A program made the position numbers and the translations under genes. From contig JALDTO010000192.1 in assembly GCA_023515725.1 (NCBI GenBank), forward strand, positions 124,001-188,000: 64,000 nt of DNA. The letters are read 5' to 3'. Position 1 is the stretch's first letter. Every line of letters begins with the position of its first letter. Shown here in pieces: positions 53,915 through 64,000 of this stretch. The notes beneath the pieces are model-generated. The model was not told the DNA's origin. It ran no database searches and worked only from the letters and a program-made list of their open reading frames with translations. The stretch is from Amoeboaphelidium protococcarum X5. Lineage: Eukaryota > Fungi > Aphelidiomycota.

Positions 53915-54577
53915 TCAATTTCTACGGAGGCGCATGTATTTAACCTCTTCAACCTAACGAATTGACATATGCATTGCTCGAGCAATTTCAGCATTATTCA
54001 AATGACCCAGTGCATTAACTTGCTCTTTCAACTTGCACTTGACTGCGAATGCAGTTCTTCCCAAACTGCTAGCAACTTGAGCGAAAGATTTCCCACTTGC
54101 AAGCTCAATTTTTAAGGTGGTCAGATCGTTTTTGGTCCAAATTTTATTAGCACGCGATGGAGTTTGTCGCTATGACGGCTGCTGAGCCGGCTACTGAGAG
54201 CTGCTGCTGCTGCTTTGGCTCTAAGCGGCGTTGTAATCTCTTAACTACTACGCGGATGCAATCTCGGCCGGGGATTAAAGGGTAGACGATGCTTGCATTT
54301 GGGAAGCAGACACCGGCGTACTAAAGCCGTCATTGGATCCTTGCAGATCGCTATTGATATTCCTACTACTGGTGCTTCCACCACTGTTAGGGCGCCTGTT
54401 ATTGTTACCCCTGAATTCGATAAAATCCTCAGGTAGGGCTCTCACCAAAGCCATATAAGTCCCAAGGGTGCGCTTATTCATCAGATAGCGAGCAAATTCT
54501 TGTAGATCATCTATGCTTGTATCTTCTGCTAATAGCTGAGCCTATCTTGCCAATGAATCTCTATTTTATTGAGCCAT
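53915..54577 (-). CDS. Orphan protein with C-terminal Myb/SANT-like HTH (paralog 1), 220 aa
   Basis: WTKNDLTTL..SFAQVASSLGRTAFAVKCKL; N-terminal FARYL..MALVRALPEDF shared with its neighbour. Confidence 0.7.
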
Positions 54578-54771
54578 TCAGTAATTGTTAGTATCAAAAG
54601 ATTTCAAAATCCCTCTGGTTTGATTAAAGAAAATAAAGATCGTCAAGGTTTTTACAAGCTATAAATAAGATCAATCATGTTTATTCAACACACACGTCTT
54701 CACGTCTCACCGCCAGATCAAGATCCTATCCCAGATGTCCGTAGTTACTGCCGCTTGCCACATAATAATAT

Positions 54772-55515
54772 TCATCCCACGTTCCTCACGTAATTAAGAA
54801 GGTTCTGATTAATATTCAATGTATTGCAAATTTCAGCATCGGACAAATGGCCAAACTTATTCACCAGAATCCACTATAATTATTTGTTAATAGCCCTGTT
54901 AGTGCGACCCATAGATTACGCGACGTATGAAATTCCTTTCTATTCAGCTAATAATGCAAGTAATTGATCACGCTAAGCATCATCCCAAGGCAAGTTATGA
55001 TGGCTTGGCGATCCAACAGGAGGTGGCTAAGTCTGGGCTGTTGGCCTAGTCGGACTGAGGATGGCAGGTTGGTTAAATATTTCATTCAGCGGCACAGATT
55101 CAAAAGGGGCAGCATTATCTCCGACCTATTGACGCGATTATTCGGACGTGCGCACATTAGCCGGAGGATTAGCATTAACAGGAGGCGGAGTATGGGGTGA
55201 TTAGGACCGCCCACGTTGTTGATTACTAGAACTTTGTTGATGTGATGAAGACTATGCCTGCTACGCGTTTCTTTAAGGAGTCCTGAACAGTTCAGATCTG
55301 CTAATTGGGGCCTAATTAGTGGCTGCCCCAATATGATCCGGACCTTCTTCAGCAAAATCCAGAAATTTCTCAGGCAGAGCGCGCACCAGGGCCATCAGAG
55401 ATCTCATAGTTGGTCTCTACAGAACATAAGCGGCAAACTATTTCAATTGCTCAGGATCCATATCCTCTGCCAATTCTATCGCTCTCTATACAACTTACTC
55501 GCTATCCCTAGGCAT
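54772..55515 (-). CDS. Orphan protein with C-terminal Myb/SANT-like HTH (paralog 2), 247 aa
   Basis: PWDDAQRDQL..ISYVAQSMGRTNRAINKQL..GHLSDAEI; N-terminal FAAYV..MALVRALPEKF. Confidence 0.7.
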
Positions 55516-55733
55516 AATTTATTTAGCTTTAAGATCAATGATAAAATCTGTTGGTTTTTGGTGATAAGAAATTCTCTAATGAAAAAAAAAGATTAAAGCG
55601 ATCACTGATTACGACGTGAGAGGAACATCGTCAACTCCCTTTAAATAAATTATTCAATTAATATCAATAAGAGAGAAAAGCAAAGTGATTCTCAGCAATT
55701 AGAAACTGCTAATTAAAGTACACATACTACTGC

Positions 55734-56942
<1,209 letters not shown>

Positions 56943-57637
56943 TGCTTGTTCGATATATCAAGTACAAGTACAAGTTTAATTTTAATGCAGAAAGGATGAA
57001 CGAATTTGATGAAATGGGAGAAAGACGTAACGAGTGACGAACAGCGAGAGACACAAGAGAGTGAGAAACAACCAATAGTAAGCGCGACTGCAAGTCGTTG
57101 CAGTATAAGGACAATACGTGATATCGAGTGAGATCAATGTAAATGGGAATAATATGTATGTGATTTCTATTATCAAATCAGTAGTTTTAATTATGTAATT
57201 TTGATGATACTCTTGGGAAAATCTCTGTTATAGTGGAGTGTTTTATGAGTTGTGCATTCTCGTGTGGTTAAAGAAACACTGCACTGCCCGTATCATTATC
57301 TAAATCATGTATTAATATCGTCTTTGGCCTAACTGCTATTGCCCTTTATCAAATCATTGTAATACCATGTTGCAGTCACCTATAGTATTTAATTGTGATC
57401 AAAACAGGTGTTACTTCAGCTGGTCGCCTGAGTTCGTCACACGTCAGGGACAGCCAGTGATGTCGCCACAATAAAATGTAACTGTTACATCACGCAGTAG
57501 GTAGATGTGCTATATCTCAGACATCTCTGCAATGGTGCCCTTTTTCTCCCTATTACAAAGACTTAGGTATAATAGTCCATTTTATCATATTATTTATTCC
57601 CTATAGTAAAATATCACTCTAACTGTAATTTTAAATC

Positions 57638-59506
57638 ATGCGACTAAGTAAGATTCCTTGTATAATAACGGTTATTATTATTGCTATTAATATGATTGAT
57701 CTGCATTCAGTTGACGCGTTGCCTGCCGCTGAATCTGGCTCTGCTCCGTCCGTTTATCTCTATAAGAGAGATCCTCAGTCTACGAAATCTGGTGGTGGTG
57801 GTAGTGGTCCTAAGCCTGCTTAAAAGCCTGCGCAAAAGCCCGCACAAAAGCCTGCGCAAAAGACTGCACAATAAAGTTAGCGTAAAGCTGCTTAATCCAA
57901 TCCGCCTCCAAAACCGAAGCCTGCACCTCCCTCTCCTAAGTAGGCTTCCCCTCCCGCACCTGTCAAGTCAGCTGGAAATAATGGCGCTGACACATCTGCT
58001 AGGACTGCTCCTTAGAACACTTAGCCTTAGGACGCAGCACCTCAGTAGCCGCGTGACGAGAGCGCAATGCGCAGGCCAATGAATCCTAATGTCCAATCGT
58101 ATCAACAGCCATAAGCCTTATTTGATACTGATGCTAATCCATTCTAAAGCTTTTTTGGCGGTATGCCATTTTTTGGTGGCGGCAATGGTGGTAATGGTGG
58201 AATTGCGCCAAGTTTCGGCGGCTGGGGAGGCACTCCGCCGGCTCCTGCGCCATAACCACAGTATCAATAGCCGCAAACTTCTCAACGCAGTGGCCCGCCT
58301 CCGTAGTAGGCTCCTAGTCCTGCTCCATAAATCAATGCTGCAAATGGTGGCACCTAATAGCCGTAGTAGCCTTAGCCGCCTGCTGCATAAAATCAATAAT
58401 CTGGTTAACCGCAAAATTACTAGCCAAAGTAATTTGATCCTAATGCTCAAGTATAGGATGCTGCTCCTGGTACTCCTGAGCGCGAGTATATGGATCGAGT
58501 CCGTGATGGCGAGGGCAACATGTAATTCGACCCTGCCACAAAGTAGTGGACTGATTAACAAGGTCGTCAGTTTAAGGAAGTCAATAATCAGCTGTTTGCT
58601 ATGCCTCCTTCTGGTAATTCAAATGGTGGTTCTGGTTCGACACCTGGTTAACAACCTTCACCATCTAATGGTGGCAGTACTTAACCGGGATAACCTGGTG
58701 CTCCTTTTGGATCTACGCCTGGTACACCTGGCACTCCTCCTCCTCCTCCTACACCGGGTACTTCACCTGGAACTCAGCCTGGCGCGCCTGGTTCTAATCC
58801 TCCGCCGCCTGCTGATTAGAGTCCTCCTCCACCAAAAGGACCATCCGCTCCTGGTTAGTACAATTTAGCTCAACCAGGTTCTAAATCCGCGTCTGAAGCC
58901 GGTAGAGGTGGAATCATGAACATGAACAACTACCAAGCCGCTAAAAGTGGTGCTTAGCGAGGCATCAATTCTGAAATCTAAGATCCTGAACAGAGAAGAT
59001 ATGCTAATGCGATGTATTTAGGTGCTGTCGGAACCGAAACTGGAGGTGGTCAGAACATGCCTAATGATGCCGAGTAGCAGCAACGTGGTAAGTTGGGCAA
59101 TGATATGGAAGAAATTGGTCCAGCTAGGATTGGTCGCGGCCTTTGGAAGAGAATGGGCTATTCTGAAGAGGAGATTCAAAGAATCAAAGCTGATGGCAAT
59201 GGAGCTTATGCCAATGAACAATCTGCAAGAGTTTTCGCCAAGGGACCTCAAGAGCTAGGTGGCATGAGAAATTTCATGGCATACTAACGCGGTGGCGTCT
59301 CAATGTACAACAAGGCTAGCGACTACCGTGATGCACCTCAAGACAGAGAGAAATATGGACCTATGACACAACAGGAGCAACAGAGTCTTGATCATCTGAC
59401 TGAAAACTATCGTGAGACTCAATAAGAGGTGATAAATAATCCAAACTTATTGGATCCGTCCAACAATCAGGTTCCTTGGCTAAATCAGGCTGCTCCATAG
59501 ATCTGA
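57638..59506 (+). CDS. Secreted Pro/Gln/Gly-rich protein with KPAQ repeats, 622 aa
   Basis: Signal peptide, YKR processing site, (KPAQ)4, long low-complexity region, non-repetitive C-terminal part; single table-6 frame. Confidence 0.8.
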
Positions 59507-59705
59507 TTGAACTGACCAGGTTGAGAAAGTAATGCAAATGTTTTTTCTAATACAGTTTTGTTTTTCCATCAATTTATTACTCTACTTACCCTTGATCTTG
59601 GCACTGTCCGAGACCCTTCTCATTTTTACTGATAAAGTATAGTTACACAACAATTTTGATACTTTCAATGATAAGAATCACCACTATTTAGGCGCGTTGT
59701 CAGCG

Positions 59706-60335
59706 TCAAAGTTCAGGCGATTTCAGCTTATACAGCTCTTTAATGAGATGTCGTTTAGCAACAAACTTGCGCGTCTGCTCCAATTACTGAATAGCCTTTT
59801 GCATATTGACACGGTTCAGCAGGTCCATGTCAAAGTGAGCCGTGCACTCTCTTAGCTATTGAAGTTGTTACCATTCCTTAATGATAGTTGAATTGTCCGA
59901 TTGCCCTACTATCAACGAAACATGTTGGCTTGAGCAAGCTTTTAGCTAGTTTAACGCCCTTAAAGCTAGGGATTCAGTTTATACTCGTTGCATTTCTTGA
60001 TCCAAACGCTGACTTAATGAATTGAATTCTCTCTCGATAGAACCACGTTCAATCATCCCCTAAATATCAGATATTTCTGTTCTAACTCTGATGTCGCTTC
60101 TATTAAACTTGGCTTCAATCTCAGTCAGCTACTGCAACTATGATTGTAAGTATTATTCAACATCGTCCACAGCGTGATCTGTAATCGAAATAGACTAAGT
60201 CTAAATCTCATTGCCGGATGTAACAAGTTTGTCCTGTGCTGCTCTTAGATATTCTTCGCCAGCTTATCCTTCTTGTGCAGTATGAACGCTGGGCCTTCTG
60301 GATGTCATATCATCACACGAATCACTTTGTTGCAT
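59706..60335 (-). CDS. Hypothetical coiled-coil protein (weak resemblance to the Vps52 N-terminal half), about 209 aa
   Basis: Table-6 ORF with E/Q/L heptad character; the similarity is only impressionistic. Confidence 0.5.
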
Positions 60336-60593
60336 TGTTTTTATTGTATAAACGATATGTATAGGTGCAATTTAATATTTTAAAGCGATTTCTAATCTAC
60401 ACTTCAATGAGTATCAGGTGAGATTGGTAATAATCAGTTGTGAAACAATCTCTATTCGTTGTCAAGCAAGTCCTCGCTAAGGTTGAAGCGATCCCTCACT
60501 CTCATTCAGAAGCGTCTTAAACTATTTCTAATCCTTTTCGCGCATTACTAAGTGACGTTGATATCAAGCAATATAAAATAAACTAAATAAATA

Positions 60594-61421
60594 ATGGCAG
60601 CGGCATAACGCGCATTGGAAAGAATTGGAGTAGCGGCTGTGGTTCTCGGTACTGGTGCTAGTTTGGTATAGTCTAGTATGTATGACGTTCCTGGTGGTCA
60701 CAGAGCAGTGATTTTCGACAGATTTCAGGGTGTGAAGAAGGACGTGATTAATGAGGGTACTCATTTCTTGGTTCCATGGCTATAACGCGCCATCACCTAT
60801 GACGTTCGTACAAAGCCGCGTAATATCAGCACTACAACTGGCTCCAAAGATATGCAGATGATATCGCTGACTCTTCGTGTCTTGCACAAGCCTGATGTCA
60901 AACGCTTGCCTGTGATTTATCAATCGCTCGGCTTAGATTATGATGATCGCGTTCTGCCTTCTATCGGTAATGAAGTGTTGAAGGCTGTTGTGGCTCAGTT
61001 TGACGCTGGTGAATTGATCACACAGCGTGAGATTGTATCTGCTCAGATCCGCGGTGATTTGGTGAAGCGTGCAAAAGAGTTCAACATTCTGCTGGAAGAC
61101 GTGTCCATCACCCATCTGACTTTCGGCCAGGAATTCACCAACGCTGTCGAATAGAAACAGGTTGCACAGTAGGAGGCGGAGAGAGCGCGTTTTGTCGTGG
61201 AGAAGGCTGAGCAAGAGAAACTGGCTGCCGTGATCCGTGCTGAAGGTGAAGCCACCGCTGCCGACCTGATCTCCAAGTCTTTGCAGTCGTTCGGCTCTGG
61301 TCTGATTGAGCTGAGAAAGATTGAGGCGAGCAAAGAAATCGCCGGCACTCTGTCCCAGACACGCAATGTAGTCTATCTACCAACGAAGGGATCCAATATG
61401 TTGTTGAACCTTGGCTAGTGA
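60594..61421 (+). CDS. PHB1: Prohibitin 1
   Basis: [24 protein letters not shown](Q), [34 protein letters not shown](Q)KQVAQ(Q)EAERA. Confidence 0.97.
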
Positions 61422-61646
61422 TCTTATTAGATTTTTATTTTTACGATTTTTTATTTATTAATGTTGATTTCTTATTAAAATGCCTGAAAGTTTGCGCGTT
61501 TGATATGAAAAGGATTCTTCCAACTGCGAAAGTTCTTTTATTGACCCGTCTCCTTCTGTGAGAATTTCAGTTACAAAAGCAACTCAAACACTTGGCACGG
61601 AACGTTAATTAATACTTGTTTGAATAATAGTACTGTAATATTTAGT

Positions 61647-62696
61647 ATGGAAAAGCAGTCGCTATCACCAGAGGGAAGTTTGCCGTAGTAGCATAAACAT
61701 GACAGATCCTTGTCCATAGATAGTCTATCGTCCCATATGTCTCTGAAGAATTCACTGGAAAGTTATGATACTTTGTATACTCAACTGCAGAAGGATCTAT
61801 AGAGCTCTGCGACTGGCGATGAATTCGTGGAGACTAGAAAGTTTAAGGATTTGATCGAGATGCAACACTAGTTAATAAAGAAGTTGAGATTCGATCTGGA
61901 TTGTGAACATGGCCGTGTAAAGATTCTGAGACATGACAATGAGCAGTTGAAGAAGATGCATGCTGAAATCTACTAGGAACATGAGATTGAAGAGGAGTAA
62001 ATCACCAATAAATTGCTCAAGAACATCATGGGCTTGAAGAGGGAGAAGACTGAGATGTTGACTCAGATGGAAAAGGAGGAGGAGTACATTACCAATAAAT
62101 TGCAGAGGAAACTGAAAGAATTGCAGAAGGAGAAGATTGACCTGGAAATAGCCATGGAGCAAGAGCAAGAGTTTATAGTTAACCGATTAACTAAGCAATT
62201 GGATGAGATGAAAAAGAACAGGTCCACCACATCTCCCTATGCTTCCATAAGCAGGTAAGTCTTATTTATATAGTGGATAGTAATGTCAATTCAATTGAAT
62301 TTAAATTATCAATCTTGATTGTGTAGTTTGAATGCGGCAACAACTGGTAAACTGTCTCAGATCTCCCGCAAACCATCAGAGACTCTGTTCTCTAGTCCCT
62401 CTTAGCAATAGATGCAGTAATAGCCACATCAAGTGCCTACGCAGTAATCTAATCATGCTCAGTAAAATCAGCACAGTGTTGGTGCTGGAGGCGCGTCTAG
62501 TCATTCAGTGATGATGAGAGACTCTAATGAAGAGATTGCTCAACTCAAAACTCAATTTGCCCGGATGGAGAGAGATCATGAGTAGAAGATTGCCAAGTAC
62601 CAGACTGAGATTGAACGTCTGAAATCTGATATCAAGTAGTAATAGTAGTAATAATAGTAATAGGTTGTAGTGGAGAAGAAAACTTCTCAAGTGTGA
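61647..62696 (+). CDS. CCDC6/H4-like coiled-coil protein (intron 62255-62326)
   Basis: EEEQITNKLLK..EKEEEYITNKLQRKL..EQEQEFIVNRL repeats typical of CCDC6. Confidence 0.85.
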
Positions 62697-63215
62697 TATA
62701 GTCATCCTCTGTCCTGTCCTGTCTCTAATAATAGTAATGAGTGAATAAATATGCGCGAATTCGTATTTAATGCAGCTTTTGTTAATAAGCGAAATTATTC
62801 TCTTTATACATCTGTTTCTGTAATCTATACTATGTATGGACAAGTCTGACCAATCAGTTAACTGCACTTGAATAAACGCGCGATTTTTAACAGGATATTT
62901 AGTCCATGGATATATATGTACTGCTGGAGTAAATTGCACAAACAGACAGGTCGGATGATGAAACTTAAAACGACAAAACTCGCCTCCGTTTAAAGTCCTG
63001 TCCTTTTAGTCGTTTGTTCACTTTCTCCTTTTGCCGCATTTTCAACTCGCTGCTCTTTCCCTCTCGTTCTCGTTCTCTCATTCTTTCTCCCAATTCAGTG
63101 TGTGTTTCTCTCTCTCTCTCTCTCCCCGTTTTGTCCAAGAAGTAAAGTGGCAAGTTGCTCTTATACTTGAGAAAAAACATCTTTTTACTATTTGAATAAT
63201 CATTTTTAGATAGAT

Positions 63216-64000
63216 ATGAACTTCTTGTCCAGTCTGGTGAAAGCTGCTCCATCACCTGCGTAGTAAGAAGTGTCTCCACATGAAATTATTGAAAAGCTGT
63301 GTGACCGTCTGAGGACATCCACCATGATTGAGGACAAGCGTGCTGCCATTCTCAGTCTTAAAGGACTGTCTAGGTAGTATTAGCTGGAAGTTGGTACTTA
63401 GGCTACTTAATTACTACTGGAAATTCTGCATGATGAGTACTGTATGGAAGATGCGGAGATTGTAAAGTCTGTTCTGGACACTTTTATCAACTTGTGTTAG
63501 GGAGATTATCAAGAGAGCAGTGTTGTTAGCTCATTTAATACAGACACTGCTGGCTAGAGTTCATAACAAAATTTGGGTCTCTAGTTTAGTCAAATTTTAC
63601 TCAAAAACTGCGAAAATGTTCCTTTTATGATTAATACCTTACTGCAGGATTACTCGTTTCATGTCCAGTTTGCTCTGATTGAATTACTGCGGATTTTGGT
63701 GCGTAATGATTTGACTCTGTTCTAGAAGAATATCATTAATGGCGCCGGTTGCATTTCTCATATCATGAATCTGTTGAGTGATAGTAGAGAGGTGTTGAGA
63801 AATGAAGGTATTCTGTTGTTGGTAGACTTGACATCTCCATCATCACATGGATCTTTTGCAGACATTCAAAAGATTATTGCATTTGATAATGCATTCGAAT
63901 AATGTCTACATCTGGCTATTGAGGTTGAGGGTGGAATTTATGGCTAGGTGGTAGTTGAGGATTGTCTCTGCTTGATTTATAACTTGCTGAAAGACAACTC
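63216..64000 (+). CDS. USO1: Vesicle tethering factor Uso1/p115 head domain, 3' truncated
   Basis: MNFL..IEKLCDRLRTSTMIEDKRAAILSLKGLSR(Q)Y(Q)LEVG..DSREVLRNEGILLL..DIQKIIAFDNAFE. Confidence 0.9.

Noticed and set aside
58089-58868. 259-aa Leu-rich ORF
   Set aside because: Alternative frame of the Pro/Gln-rich gene; CCT/GCT codons read off-frame give Leu.

Overview
Gene-dense eukaryotic (fungus-like opisthokont) nuclear DNA that uses a non-standard code: TAA/TAG read as Gln and TGA is the only stop (translation table 6). The supplied standard-code ORF track therefore breaks almost every gene apart. Re-read by hand, the window holds about 30 genes with few, short (about 50-80 nt) GT-AG introns. 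This combination best fits the aphelid Amoeboaphelidium protococcarum or a relative (inference). Housekeeping genes include fused ATP-citrate lyase, PSA1, HOM6, PCCA, PDI, Cdc6, PFKFB, TMCO4, biotin ligase, CYP51, HMG-CoA lyase, Rpt6, PHB1, CCDC6 and Uso1, plus a Kv channel and MscL. Two accessory regions stand out. (1) A tandem array of three intronless, mosaic surface-protein genes of about 950 aa (31.9-42.4 kb). Each has a variable Cys-rich N-terminal domain, a Thr/Val stalk, a bacterial-type choice-of-anchor-A-like domain and a C-terminal membrane anchor; this is a candidate host-attachment adhesin family. (2) A 5.6-kb island of decayed or foreign-looking sequence (frameshifted nuclease-like gene, LINE endonuclease relic, orphan membrane gene) bracketed by 260-bp direct repeats that duplicate the MscL 3' end. 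All family calls come from motif recognition by eye, not database searches.
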